Source: Felis catus
Taxonomy: Eukaryota
Direction: 5' to 3'
Assembly (NCBI RefSeq): GCF_018350175.1
Contig: NC_058368.1
Location: 137,394,001-137,458,000, forward strand
DNA length: 64,000 bases
Shown here: one piece after another, positions 38,353 through 52,095 of the stretch
Layout: the number at the start of each line of letters is the position of its first letter
Position numbering within the stretch: the stretch's first letter is position 1
The notes under the pieces: generated by a model
Database searches by the model: none
What the model saw: only the letters and a program-made list of their open reading frames with translations
What the model was told of the DNA's origin: nothing
Made by a program: the position numbers and the translations under genes

Positions 38353-38550
38353 GGGCGCCTGGGTGGCTCGGTTGAGCCGCTGACTTCAGCTCAGGTCATG
38401 ATCTCATAGTTTGTGAGTTCTAACCCTGCATCAGTCTCCGTGCTGACAGTGCAGAGCCTGCTTGGGACTCTCTCTCTCCTCTCCCTCTGCCCCTCCCCCA
38501 CTTGTGCTTTCTGTCTGTCTCTCTCAAATAAATAAATAAATAAACAAAAA
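38353..38550 (+). mobile_element. Can-SINE, TSD taaagaactttgacttta
   Basis: Head, tail and TSD visible. Confidence 0.9.
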
Positions 38551-39573
38551 TAAAGAACTTTGACTTTATATTTGTGTCAGTATAAAATTTGGTGATACTA
38601 AGCATAGGCTTTTCCTTTCTCCTCTCTTCTCTCTCCTTTCCCCTCTCCCCACACAAAGTTCAGAGCCTCAGTGGGCATTCGTGTGTGTGTGGAATTTTTT
38701 CACTTCAGAGATGGGCTGAAAGAACTAGAGTGAACAAAAAATCCAATTGGATTTCTGAACAGATTTTTTTTTTTTAACCCACGCTATCAACCGTAACTTC
38801 ATATGTTGTTATCCCCAGGACAAAATGTTGAAAGTATCTACTACTGATTTATCTTGTATTGAATAGCAGTGAAAAGGGGAGGGTGGAGGAAATCGGTCAC
38901 TATGATATATTAATAACAAGGCAAGGGAGAGGCCATGATAGCTGCTACAATCTTTTTTTTCTTCTTCAACTAGTCAGAGCACTAGTTGAGACGTATAACA
39001 TCCTTCCCCCCTCTACTCATTCCATGTTTTCTTGCTCTCAGCCAGTACCTGAGTGTGTTTGTGCTCTTTAGCTGATGAGGTGAACAGAACCTTTTCTGAT
39101 GCTATACTCAGTGCTCAGTATAGTAAGACACTGTTCGTGCCCCTCCAGATTCTCTTTCCAAAGTCCATGAGCCAACCATCCCCTAGCTGGCGAAAGGTAG
39201 GCTGACAGCAGCCCACAGCTGCATGCTCCTCCTGAACATTGCCCTTGGCTGCTGGGCACTGCCTAGAATCCATTGGAGCAGCCACACACACATCACTCCC
39301 AGTGACCCACCTGGGGAGTTTGTGCTTCCTGTTCCCACAATTGTAGGCTCTGTGGGTCTAGAGATACTGTTTCCCGGAGGAAAGATGCTTCTGCAGGGAT
39401 CACAGGAAGAGTCTTGCCACACTTAGAAGCTGCTTGTCACTTAGAGCTTTTTGTACCAGCAGACCGGCAGGCAAAAAGCGGGACTTATCTCACTGGTAGG
39501 CGTGATTGGCCCTGATAATCATCAGGAGGTAGGACTGCTGCTAACCAGCTGGAGCCGGAAGGGGTAATTTGGC

Positions 39574-39638
39574 CATTCAGAGGATCATTCAGATGATCCA
39601 TTCAGAAGATCATTCAGAGGATCATTCAGACAATTCAG
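39574..39638. repeat. Minisatellite, ~5 copies of cattcagaggat-like 12-mer
   Basis: Read directly. Confidence 0.9.
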
Positions 39639-40479
39639 TTGCTTCTTTTGCTGTGCTCAAGTATGTTGATTTGAACTCAAAATCTGGAAAGGTAACTCTG
39701 GTAGGTATACGGATCCGTTGGGCCTACTGTTTGACCCATCAAGTACCGAGGGAGAACTACTAAAATCCCTCACCGTGATCGCAGACTTGCCTATTGCCCT
39801 TTGTAGTTCTGTCGATATTTGCTTGACACACATCGAAGAAAGGTTGTTACCTACATATAAATTATAAGTCATTATAACTTCCCAGAGAATTAAATTCGTA
39901 TCATTTTAATAAACTTAGACAAATTACATTGTTAAATGAATAAATAAATAAATGTGTTAATGACACCAGCTTTCTTTTGGCTGGTATTGCTTAATGTATA
40001 TTTTCCATCTTTTTTTTCCCTACATTTCTTTATGCGCATTACTTAAAAATGGTAATTAGAAAGCATAATTGGTTTTGCTTTTCAAATCCAGTCTGACAGT
40101 TTTTGTCTTATAAGTAAAAAGTTTAGTTCTTTTACATATATGATGATTACTACTGTGTATGGATTTATCTCTATATCCCAACTTTTCTTATCTTTTTTGG
40201 AGGGATTGATTAAACTTGTTTCTTCTTTAATCTCATTTTTTCCCTATTAGTTTGAAAGTTATATTCTTTTATGGTGATCTCGGCTATTTTAACATGCATT
40301 CCTAATATGTCACTCAGTGCTGTCTACAGTTAGCCAGTATCTTTTTTTTTTTTTTTTTGGTGGAGGGGTACAGCACCAGGACATTAGGATATTGTAACTT
40401 TGGTCATCACTCTCTCCCATTTAGGTGCCATTATTGAATTACTTTAGTTCTTGCTCTTTGTTTTTTTCTTCTTGGTTTT

Positions 40480-40916
40480 TACTTATTTATTTAATTTTAT
40501 TTTTTATTTTTAAAAATTTACATCCAAATTAGTTAGCATATAGTGCAACAGTGATTTCAGGAGTAGATTCCTTAGTGCCTCTTACCCATTCAGCCCACCC
40601 CCCTCCCACAACCCCTCCAGCAACCCTCTCTTTGTTCTCCATATTTGAGTCTCTTCTGTTTTGTCCCCCTCCCTGTTTTTATATTATTTTTGTTTCCCTT
40701 CCCTTATGTTCATTTTTTTTTTAATGTTTCTATTTATTTTTGAGACAGAGCATGAGCAGGGGCGGGGCAAAGAGAGAAAGAGACACAGAATCCAAAGCAG
40801 GTTCCAGGTTCTGAGCTGTCAGCACAGAACCTGACACGGGGCTCGAACTCACGGACTGTGAGATCATGACCTGAGCTGAAGTCGGACGCTTAACTGACTG
40901 AGCCACCCAGACTCCC
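40480..40916 (-). mobile_element. Carnivore L1 3' end (~40480-40712) followed by a Can-SINE (~40713-40916)
   Basis: aatttacatccaaattagttagcatatagtgcaac motif shared with the L1 copies at 42540 and 48595. Confidence 0.88.
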
Positions 40917-41019
40917 CTCTTTTTTTTTTTTTAATTTCTTTTTGTATCTCAAATCTTTTGTCTAAAATCATAAATCACAAGGAGATAGACTGGTTGTAAA
41001 CCTGCCTCTTTTTTAAAGA

Positions 41020-41229
41020 TATTTTTAAAAAGTCTATTTATTTATTTTGAGAGAGAGAGAGAGTGCGTGAGAGAGGGAGGGCCAGAGAGAGAGGAGGGGG
41101 AGAAAATCCCAAGCCAGCTCCACTGTTGGCACAGAACCGGACAGAACTGGATCTAATGAAGCATGAGATCACAACCTGAGCTCAAGTCAAGAGTTGGACA
41201 CTCAACTGACTGAGCCACCTAGGTGCCCC
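41020..41229 (-). mobile_element. Can-SINE
   Basis: Ends gccacctaggtgcccc; flanking repeat cctgcctcttt. Confidence 0.85.
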
Positions 41230-41434
41230 AGCCTGCCTCTTTAATGTGACCTGGGATTTAGCCTGCTGAGCTCCTGGGTGAGCCTGCACACCTGAGAAGG
41301 ATCTGGGACCTGCTGCCACCTCTTTGGTTCAGTGCTTTGGGAGTTTTCCATCAGAGGGGAAACCACAACATACCTACCCATACACACACCTACCTGGAAT
41401 CCACCACCACTGACTCACCACAGCTGTCATAAGA

Positions 41435-41605
41435 CTTCCCGGGTTGAATCATGCCTCAACCACTTACTGACTGTGTGACCTTTCTGTGTCTCAGTTGCTC
41501 CATCTGTAAACTCAGAATAATAATAATACCTACTTTAGAAGTTTGTCATGACAATTAAATGAGTTAACTCATATAAAGGCTTAGAACAGTGACTGCCATA
41601 TAGTT
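41435..41605 (+). mobile_element. MIR relic
   Basis: ctgtgtgacctt...ctcagttgctccatctgtaaa...attaaatgagttaa core. Confidence 0.75.
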
Positions 41606-42361
41606 AACCTGGAGGAGATTGTACCCCAGGGACAGACTCACTCTGTTCTCTGCCCACCTGCCCATGTTTCCAGGTGAAGTAAAAGTTGTTCCTGGCCAGA
41701 GCGGGCCTTCCAAGTGTTGGGGTCCCAGGTGCATCGACCAAAGAGTCACATGGAGGAGATCTGGGACTGACTACCTTCTGAGTAAATCTGGGCAGCCATC
41801 TCATTTGGCCTGTAAGCATGGAAAATGTTCACCTGGATCCTTCAGCTCTGGCCACCTTTGGAAGCCACCTGCCACTCCAAGCCACTAGCTGTCCTCCACC
41901 CTGGAGGTAAGACACCTGCTAAACTTCTCCTCTCTGGCCATTGAGAACGGCCTCTATGAGCACAGCATTGTGCTCCTCATTGGGAGCCCACGCGGAGAGG
42001 CAGATAGCCTCAATCAATTACCCCTGTTCCTTAAAACTTTCCAGCAGCCAGTGGCCCTGGTTAGTCAAACCATCATTCAGGGCAATGAGCTTACAGGAAA
42101 ACCAGTGATCATACCAGATCAGAATCAACCTGAAATAAGAGGACGTGACTTCTAATGAAAACAAGACAAGACATGATGAAATAGGAGAGGGACTTCTGCT
42201 TTGTCACCTCTTTTTCAAATCCCAATTAAGTAGCAAAGAAATAGAAAAATAAATTCAAAAAAAAAAAAAAGGAAAAAAGAAAGAAATTCAAAGCAACACA
42301 GGAAAATCAGGGTGCTTCTAGCAGACCAATATAGTAAGGAACTTTTGAAAAGAATAAAGGA

Positions 42362-42888
42362 GGGGCACCAGGGTGGCTCAGTTGGCTGAGCGCCCAACTT
42401 CAGCTCAGGTCATGATCTTGTGGCTTGTGAGTTTAGGCCTCACCTTGGGCTCACTGCTGTCAGTGTGGAGCCCACTTCCAATCCTCTGTTTCCCTCTCTG
42501 TGCCTCTCCCCCCGCCTCAAAAATAAACAAACATTTCATGCATGGAACTAGAGGGTATTATGCTAAGTGAAATTAGTCAGAGAAACACAAATATCATACG
42601 ACTTCACTCATATGCGGACTTTAAGACACAGAACAGATGAACATAAGGGAAGGGAAGCAAAAATAATATAAAAACAGGGAGGGGGACAGAACACAAGAGA
42701 CTCATAAATATGGAGAACAAACAGAGGGTTACAGGAGGGGTTGTGAGAGGGGGGATGGGCTAAATGGGTAAGGGGCACTAAGGAATCTACTCCTGAAATC
42801 ATTGTTGCACTATATGCTAACTAATTTGGATGTAAATTTTAAAAACTAAAAAATAAAATTAAAAAAAATAATAAACATTTTTTAAGAA
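42362..42888 (+). mobile_element. Can-SINE (42362-~42536) with a 5'-truncated carnivore L1 3' end (~42539-42870) in its tail
   Basis: Outer TSD aaaagaataaagga at 42348 and 42889. Confidence 0.88.
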
Positions 42889-44171
42889 AAAAGAATAAAG
42901 GAAATGGGAATTGATTGACAGACAAATCTAGCAGAGCAGAAGAACCTAAAACAGAGAACAGGGCACTGGAGCAGTTAATGAAATAAAGAGTTGAGCCATA
43001 CTTCTAAAACCCTGCCAAGTCACCAACTCCTGGAGCTGCTCCTGCAGCAGCTAAGTCCTTTGCATGGGTCACCTGAAGGCCATAGGTATAGTTTTCTGAA
43101 GTAATTATTTATCACAGCAGACCAAGGCTCTTGGAAGTCTATGTGCACATCTTTTTCCAACTCCCAGATATTATATCACTAGCTTGAAATTGGCTGGGGA
43201 AGGAGGATTTATAACCTGGAAATCAGCAAATGCTACAAATCAAGGTGTGCTCCCTTCACTCTAGAGATGGTTGTTAAACATTTACCAGCATACCACTGCT
43301 CCAGTGTAAGCTAAGATTAGAGAAAAAGGACAATGCCCGGAGGGTCAGAGAAACTATGCTAAGAAGAGAAGTTCCCCACATAGTCTGCCTATCCCTCCAC
43401 AATCCTATGAGGCAGATTCCTGTAATCAAAACATGCATTCACTGCCAGGTAAACAGGAGTTCTTATTTGAAGTGAGCAAATGCATTCCAATTATGAAAGA
43501 AGTTCAGTTTAGACCTGCACCAACAAATAGGAATTTTGGATTCAACAAACATTTTGGGAAAACCAAGATCATGAAAGAGAGTAGCAAATTCAACAAACAG
43601 AACTAGCCTAGGAATAAAAATACAGAGTTAATGGAAACAGATTAAACATAGTTAATATCCTCAGAGTAAGCTGAAAGAGCTGCTATGAAACACAACCAGA
43701 ATTGATGAAAATTTAAAAATATGATTGTTAAACATAATAGTTGGGGTGAATATGCAACAAATGAGTTGGAAAACTGAGTTGCAAAAACTATTCCAAAATG
43801 GTATGCCAAAAAATGAAAAGAAAAAAGAAAGAAAGGGAGAGAGAAAATGAAGGAAAGATGGGATAGAGAGAGAGAGAGTAAGAGAAAAAAGAAAGAAAGA
43901 AAGAAACAGAACGGAAGAAAAAAAGAAAAAAGTAATGTTAAGAGACTTGGAAGAGAATTACAACAAAAATTGTAGGTATAGTACTGTGAGAATGCAAAGG
44001 AAGAAATTATTAAAGAAATAAGAAAAAAGCATTTCCCAAAACTAAAGAGGGACTTGGACAGAAGAGGCTTATTATATGCCAAGCAGAATTAATGCAAAAT
44101 TATCTTCTAAAGATACTCAAGTATTAACTAACATGACAATGAAAAGTCTTTCCTTCCTCTGTTTCTATTAT

Positions 44172-44610
44172 TTAAAAAAAATTTTTTTTTAACGTTTATT
44201 TATTTTTGAGACAGAGACAGAGCATGAACAGGGGAGGGGCAGAGAGACAGGGAGACACAGAATCTGAAACAGGCTCCAGGCTTTGAGTGGTCAGCACAGA
44301 GCCCGATGCGGGGCTCAAACTCACGGACCGTGAGATCATGACCTGAGCCGAAGTGGGACGTTTAACGGACCGAGCCACCCAGGTGCCCCTCTATTATTTT
44401 TTTTAAAAATGTTAATGTTTATTTTTGAGAGAGAGAGAGCACAAGCAGGGGAGGGGCAAAGAGAGAGGGAGATACAGAATCTGAAGCCCGCTCCAGGTTC
44501 TGAGCTGTCAGCTCAGAGTCCAATCAATGAGGGGCTCAAACTCACAAACTGTGAGATCATGACCCGAGCCCAAGTCAGATAACCGACCAACTGAGCCACC
44601 CAGGCGCTCC
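44172..44610 (-). mobile_element. Two tandem Can-SINEs
   Basis: Heads end at ~44388 and ~44610. Confidence 0.88.
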
Positions 44611-45344
44611 TCCTTCCTCTGTTTTTAGAAACCACCCATAAGTAATCAGAAGAATTTTGCCAACTCCATATCTGATGAAACTAGAAGGCATCTAAAGCTA
44701 AAATAGGAAGAAATACTGCCAACCTGGCAAAGGTCAAACAGAGGTCAGGGAAGCATGGAACCCAGAGCTGCATATCTGAGAAAAAGCCAGTTGAACCATG
44801 ACTCTAAAGTAAAGTGCATTGCTTAGGGTGAAAATTAATAGTCCCTCTTTTGTAACAATGGAGGTGGTGAGAACTTCTCTGGAATCAGTTTGTTACTGAG
44901 AAAAAGCTAAGGAAGTTGATTTTAGCAAGAAATATCATAGACTAATCATATTTTTCAGGAAGTTGTTGAGGGAGGAGGGAAAGGGGGAGACTGCATTGTG
45001 TCATCCCTTTGGTGCAGACCTTAAATAGGCTACAGAGAAGCAAAATCCAAAGGAACTGATACACACACAAAACCAACCATGTGTTATGGGGAGAGTTTCT
45101 TCTGACTATGAATGTGTCCTGGCATCTCTCACACAAAATTCCAGTAAATTGCTGTCTTAATAGTTCATTTAAAGCTGCATAAGTTAAGAAAAAAAAAAAA
45201 AAAAGAGCTAGCATATAGCTATAGAAAGAGACAAGAAAGAAGGGGAGGGGGTGGACAGGCAAAACAAATGACAGATGAAGAATTTTCACCACGGAGCAGA
45301 TAAAAACTGAGGCCAAACAAATTAAGTTTTAAAATTTTATCTCA

Positions 45345-45552
45345 TTTTTGTTTAATGCTTATTTATTTTTGAGAGAGAGGCAGAGTGTGAGCTGGGGAGG
45401 GGCAGAGAGAGAGGGAAACACGGAATCTGATGCAGGTTCCAGGCTCTGAGCTGTCCACACAGAGCCTGACATGGGCCTCGAACTCGTGAACCACGAGATC
45501 ATGACCTGAGCTGAAGTCGGATGCTTAACCAACTGAGCCACCTAGGAGCCCC
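45345..45552 (-). mobile_element. Can-SINE, TSD taaaattttatct
   Basis: Typical body with flanking repeat. Confidence 0.88.
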
Positions 45553-46231
45553 TAAAATTTTATCTTTATTAATCTGTATAAAACAAGAGCATAAAGCAGA
45601 TATATAAGATTTAAGGGAACATAACATGAAAACACGGAGATAAGTTTTCTTTATGTTGATGACATGAGAGAGTTGGGCTCATGAAGAAATGAAAAGAAAA
45701 TAAAAATTGCAAAGAGGGGCCTGGCTGGATCAGTCAGTAGAGCATGTGATTCCTGATCTCAGAGTCCTGAGTTGGAGCCCCAGGCTGGGTGTAGTGATTA
45801 CTTTTTTTAAAAATTGGGGGAAAAAAAGCAGCTGATAGTGTGGAGCATGCTTGGGATTCTCTTTCTCTCCCTCTCTCTCTCTCTGCCCCTCGACCACTTG
45901 TGCTCTCTGTCTTTCAAAATAATAAATAAATAAACTTTTAAAAAATTAAAAGAAAAGGAAGCAGCACAAAGGAAAATAGGTATTGCTGAAAACACAGTGA
46001 GGTAGGTACACAGAGGACAGGTTTTAAAAAAAAGAACAAAACAAAATGAAAATTTTTTAAAATTTAAAAGGATCAGAGAGAAAAATAAGAATTTTGGAAA
46101 ACAAGGGATAACAAATCTATGTATGCATGATTGGTGTCTGTCAGGCTTAAACACTGCAATAAGATAGTTAAGATAACATTTAAATGAACATTTAAGAAGC
46201 ATTTAAGATATAATTCAAAAGGACATTCCAG

Positions 46232-46718
46232 AGGCACCTGGGTGGCTCAATCCGTTGAGCAGTTGAGCGTCCAGCTTTGGCTCAGGTCATGATCTCAGAG
46301 TTTGTGAGTTCAAGCCTCACGACGGGCTCTGACAGCTCACAGCCTGGAGCCTGCTTCGGATTCTATGTCTCCCTCTCTCTTTGCCCCTCCCTGCTCATGC
46401 TCTGTCTCTCTTTCTTTCTTTCTCTCTCTCTCAAAAATAAATAAACATTAAAAACAAGTTTAAAGGGGCGCCTGGGTGGCGCAGTTGGTTAAGCGTCCGA
46501 CTTCAGCCAGGTCATGATCTCGCGGTCCGTGAGTTCGAGCCCCGCGTCAGGCTCTGGGCTGATGGCTCGGAGCCTGGAGCCTGTTTCTGATTCTGTGTCT
46601 CCCTCTCTCTCTGCCCCTCCCCTGTTCATGCTCTGTCTTGCTCTGTCTCTCTCTGTCCCAAAAATAAATAAAAACGTTGAAAAAAATTTAAAAAAAAAAA
46701 ACAAGTTTAAAAAAAAAA
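46232..46718 (+). mobile_element. Can-SINE with a young SINEC_Fc-like copy (from 46465) inserted in its tail
   Basis: Inner TSD aaaaacaagtttaaa; outer TSD aaaagga(c/t)attccag. Confidence 0.9.
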
Positions 46719-46799
46719 AGGATATTCCAGTAACAAAAGACTTATACCAACTGATCAAAGAGATACCACATATCATTGGCCAAATCTGCTTGCCAGATA

Positions 46800-47000
46800 C
46801 CAAAATTTGTTTTTCCCTTCTTCCAAAGAGCTGGGCATGGCTGGAGTCCCTGCATTACTGTGTGGAGGAGAGTTGTTCTATGATCTGGAACACCTAGTGT
46901 AGACATTTACCCTAGGGAGAAATAAACTTTATTTCGTTACGGCCATTTCATTTTATTTGGGATCTATTATAGTAATTTAGCCTATCCTAACAGAGTCACA
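46800..47000 (+). mobile_element. MLT1-like (MaLR) LTR 3' portion
   Basis: gagaaataaactttatttcgtta...tttgggatct...tagcctatcctaac...aca ending. Confidence 0.55.
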
Positions 47001-47640
47001 GACAAAATGAATGTGGAACATCTCCAATAAGATATATTGTAATAAATTTATTTAACTTCAAACAAAAACAGATAACCTTTTGAACAGACAGATTGAAAAA
47101 ATGATGTAAAAAAGGAAAACTAATTCAGGCTTACTTCAGATTTCTCTATGGGATATTTACTTGTAGGAGACAGTAGAACAGTCCCATAAAATCGAGAAAA
47201 TCAAGTCGGACACAATAATTTCATGCAACTGAAGCAGTCAAATAGTCACTGAAATGAAAGATTAATAGAACATTTTACTTTTGTTCTGTTTTACATACTC
47301 ATACCTTCGGTGGTAAAATGTCTGTGTTTTTTGCTCCCAAACATCCAATTGGTTTCTGTAACTTTGACTGGTGCCCTAACTCCAAACCTAGTTTCACTAC
47401 CATTTTTTAACATCTGGGGAAAATTATTTCGATTTCTTTCTTTCTTTTTAATGTTTAAGTTTTTAATCTATTTTTATTTTATTTATTTCTTCTATGTCCC
47501 ACATGGGGCTCCAAATCAGAACCCCGAGATTAAGAGTCACATGCACTACCAACTAAGCTAGCCAGGCACCCTGTGAGTTCTCATCTTTTTTAAAATAAGT
47601 AGTACATTCACATGCAACAAAACTCAAAAGTTGTAAAAGC

Positions 47641-47645
<5 letters not shown>

Positions 47646-47711
<66 letters not shown>

Positions 47712-47895
47712 GTATGTTTATTATGTTTGAGAGAGAGAAAGAGGGAGGGACAGTGTGAGACAGAGAGAATCCCAAGCAGGCTCCACACTGCCGGCACAGC
47801 CTGACTCAGGGCTTGAACTCATGAACCATGAGATCATGACGTGAGCTGAAATCAAGAGTTGGATGCTTAACCAACTGAGCCACCTGGGCACCCCC
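47646..47895 (-). mobile_element. (TC)n microsatellite (47646-47704) adjoining a Can-SINE
   Basis: Read directly; ends gccacctgggcaccccc. Confidence 0.85.
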
Positions 47896-48374
47896 AAGAT
47901 ATAAACTACTTAATCTAAAGAATAGATCTGTGAATACATGGAGGAAAGATGCAATATAAGTGAGATTACACAGAAGGTAATAGTTTAGCAGTTTTCTTTT
48001 TTTGGAGGAGTTGTGCTTGAAGACAGCTTGAAGAAAGGGGTGGTTTTAGCCAGCATATGGGAAGTGGGAAGAAAAAAAAACATACATTTTCTGGATTTAA
48101 ATGGAAAAAAAAAAACTACTTGGTGACAGTTTGTTCTTGAAACAGTATTTTTAGAAAAGCATATTAAGGCAGATGTCATCCGGTGGAGTTGTAAGGCTAG
48201 AAATGAAATTTTGTTTTGTCACCTTTGGATCTGGCCAGTTTGGCCAGTCCAGTTGCCTCCCTGCAAATAGTTCATCAGGATTTAGTGGTTTTTCTTAAGG
48301 ATTTGCTAGAGAACATTGCAGTCATGTCTACAGACTCCTTTGGTTGCTGTTCCCTCTGCCCATCAAAAGTGACT

Positions 48375-48580
48375 TTTTAAAAATATATTTATTTGTTTTT
48401 GATAAAGAGACAGAGCACAAGCGGGGGAGAGGCCAAGAGAAAGGAAGACACAGAATCCGAAGCAGGCTCCAGGCTCCAAGCTGTCAGCACAGAGCCTGAT
48501 GCTGTCCTCGAACTCATGAGCGGAGAGATCATGACCTGAGCCAAAGTTGGACACTTAAACCACTGAGCCACCAAGGTGCG
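48375..48580 (-). mobile_element. Can-SINE
   Basis: Typical body. Confidence 0.88.
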
Positions 48581-48592
48581 CAAAAGTGGCTA

Positions 48593-49452
48593 TTTTTTTT
48601 AACTTGTTTTATTTTATTTTTATTTTTATAAATTTACATCCAAATTAGTTAGCATATGGGGAAACAATGATTTCAGGAGTAGATTCCTTAGTGCCTCTTA
48701 CCCATTTAGCCTATTCCCCCTCCCACAACCCCTCCAGTAACCCTCAGTTTGTTCTCCATATTTATGAGTCTCTTCTGTTTTGTCCCCCTCCTGTTTTTAT
48801 ATCCTTTTTGTTTCCCTTCCCTTATGTTCATCTGTTTTGTCTCTAAAAGTCCTCATATGAGTGAAGTCATATGATGTTTGTCTTTCTCTGACTAATTCCA
48901 CTTAGCATAATACCCTCCAGTTCCATCCACGTAGTTGCAAATGGCAAGATTTCATCCTTTTTGATAGCTGAGTAATACTCCATTGTATATATATATATAC
49001 CACCTCTTCTTTATCCATTCATCCACCGATGGACATTTGGGCTCTTTCCATACTTTGGCGATTGTTGATAGTGCTGCTATAAACATGGGGGTGCATGTGT
49101 CCCTTCGAAACAGCACACCTGTATCCCTTGGATAAACACCTAGTAGTGCAATTGCTGGGTCGTAGGGTAGTTCTGTTTTTAGTTTTTTGAGGAACCTCCA
49201 TACTGTTTTCCAGAGTGGCTGGACCAGCTTGCATTCCCACCAGCACTGCAAGAGATCCTCTTTCTCCGCATCCTCGCCAACATCTGTGGTCACCTGAGTT
49301 GTTCATGTTAGCCATTCTGACAGGTGTGAGGTGGTATCTCATTGTGGTTTTGATTTGTATTTCCCTGATGATGAGTGATGTGGAGCATTTTTTCATGTGT
49401 CGGTTGGCCATCTGGATGTCTTCTTTAGAGAAGTGTCTATTCATGTCTTTTG
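48593..49452 (-). mobile_element. 5'-truncated carnivore L1 (~860 bp) including the ORF2p C-terminus (frameshifted)
   Basis: ORFs 49019-49444 and 48952-49293 give [45 protein letters not shown] and [23 protein letters not shown], typical of L1 ORF2p; TSD aaaagtggct. Confidence 0.95.
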
Positions 49453-50499
49453 AAAAGTGGCTGGTTTTTGATACATTTGTCAGACATCCTGTTTGGGGTG
49501 GGACAGCTTTAGGTTTTGATTAGAATCTGAGTTTTTGGACAATTACATTTTTTGCATGTTTCAGAACTGACAGTGAGGACAGAAAAGGTTTTTTTAAAAG
49601 AATAAGTTGGAAATATATTTGTTTGAAATTTTTATGGGATCCTTATTAGTTAGCATTCATATTCATTCAGAGCACCTGGGTTAGAAAGACAGTAACCAAG
49701 GAACTGTCTGATGAACACCAGATCATGAGTTAAAAAAACAAACAAACAACCATAGGGCCACCTGGGTGGTTCAGTTGGTTGAGTGGTTGACTTTAGCTCA
49801 GGTCATGATCTTGAGATTCATGAGTTCTAGCCCTACCCACATCGGCCCCGCTGCTGTCAGCCTGTCGGCACAGACCCTACTGTGGATCCTCTGTGCCCCC
49901 CCTCTCTGCGCCTCCCCCTCTCACACTCTCCCCAAAGTAAATAAATATTAAAAACAAATAAATAAAAATAAAAGCCCTGATTCGATGAATTTAACTTCCA
50001 CCCTTGGCCAATCACCTTTTTTGACCTCTTCTGTTTCTTGTGGCCTCCCCTACCTTCCTTCCTAACACTTTCTTCATGCTTCTACGAACAGTAGTTTACC
50101 ACTGTGAGTAAGTTTTCCACAAGTTAACAGTAGTTTACCCCTTGCTAGATGTTTTGACCTTGGCAATTGATTTAATTTTCTGGAGCATATTTTCTCATCT
50201 GTAAAATTGGGACAATAATAGTAATGGCATCATAGGCTTAATGTGAGGATTCAGTGAGGGAGATTCATGAAAGGGGCCTTTCTGGTGCCAAGCTATGACT
50301 GCACATGCAGTTAGGGTTGTTTTTTCCAACCTAAGTGATTAAGATCCTACTAGACCTAGACAGGTCTAATCCAGAAGCACTCTTCTGTAGCTCCAGTTGT
50401 ACTCTCCATCTCATGTCCTTTCCTCTAGTTAAGGACCACATTTCTACCATTATCTTCCCTTTCTATCACTTTGGCTCAACCTCGTGGCATCCCAGCATG

Positions 50500-52095
50500 A
50501 CTTCGCACTGCTCATCTTAACACGCCCCGCTTTCGTCACCGTTCCCTTTCACAGCAAAACTTCCTGAACGAGCTGCCTTTACTTGTGGTCTTTACTTCCC
50601 CTTCTCCCTTCAACCCATTCTCACCATATTTATATCTCCACCACTTGCCAAGGCTCTCTCCATTGGTCATTTCTCAGTGTTTGTCCTCCTCTGACCAGCT
50701 CTTAAAACATTCTCCTGGCTTCAACGTCATCCCTGTTTTCTCTTTTTTTTTTCTTTTTCTTTTTCTTATATTGTTATAAATTTTTTATGTTTATTTATTT
50801 TTTAGAGATAGAAAGAGTGCTAGCAGGGGAGGGGCACAGAGAGAGGGAGAGAGAGGACCCAAAGTGGGCTCTGTGCTGACGGCAGAGAAATGGACACGGG
50901 GTGTGAACTCACGAACCGTGAGATCATGACTTGAACTAAAGTTGGACGCTTAACTGACTGACCCACCCAGGCGCCCCGTCATCCCTTTTTTTCCTGACCT
51001 TTCTTCTCCTTTGCTTCTCTTCCTTAATCTCTATTGCAGGCTCAGCTACTTCCCCTGACCTGAAAGTGCAGAAGTGCCCCAGAGCTTTTTGTTTGGTCCC
51101 CCCTCCTCTCTTCTCTCTCTGTGATCTCATCTATATTTGCTGATGATCCTCAGTGTTGTCTTCAATGCAGCCTCTGTCCTGAGCTCCCAAATCATACATC
51201 CAGGTGCCTGATGGACATTTCCACTTGGATTTCCAATAGGCACTTCAGCCTAACCTGGCCAATCAGAACACTTGGGTCCTCCTTCCTTTCTCCAGAACAG
51301 CAGCTCTTCCTATCTTTTCCACCTCTGTGGCACCATTTTACACCTACTTCTCAGGCATAACTGCTAGATCATCCTTGATTTCTTTCTTCCCTTCATACCC
51401 CATGCCCAATCCATTAGCAAATTCTGTTAGCTTCACAATCAAAATAGATCTTAAGCTTGACTGCTTCTTCTTTTCACTTCCACTGCTGTCAGCTAGTTCC
51501 TGCGTGTCCTCTCTTGTCAGGACTATTGCATCTATGTTTTGAGTGGCCTCCCAGTTACCACCCCCTCATCCTTTCACCCAGAGCAGTCAATGTGATCTTT
51601 TAAAACATAAACCAGGTATCTCTGCAGCTTTAAAACCCTCCATTGGCTTCCTATGCCACTTAGACTATGAACCAGTCTCTCCGTCCTTGACTCTGCTTTC
51701 ATCTCGTATCATTTCCCATTTGACCACCACTCCAACTATGCTGGCCTCCTTTCCACTTACTTGAACACATCAAGCTCATTGCTAACTCTGGGCCTTTGCA
51801 CTGTTTGATCCTTCCACGTGGACCTCTCTGCCGACATTTGCACGGCTGTTTCCTTTGGTTCATTCAGTTTGCTGCTCAAATGTGGCTTCCTTCGAGATGC
51901 CACTCCAGGTGGAGAAGAAGTCCCCGCTCCCTGCCTCAGTCTATCCCAATTATATGTCATAGTATGTATCACTATCCTTAGGGCCTGTCTTCCCACACTT
52001 AGTGCCATGAGAATAATGAAGTTGTTTGTCTCTTTTACTATTGGACTGCCCAGTATTTAGGAGAGGGCTTATATGTGTACGGTGAATGTTTGTTA
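50500..52095 (+). mobile_element. L2 relic interrupted by a minus-strand Can-SINE (~50780-50977)
   Basis: cctgagctccca...catccaggtgcctgatggacatttccacttggat motifs. Confidence 0.65.

Noticed and set aside
43642..44082. 146-aa hydrophobic minus-strand ORF
   Set aside because: Antisense of an A/G-rich low-complexity, probably L1-derived tract
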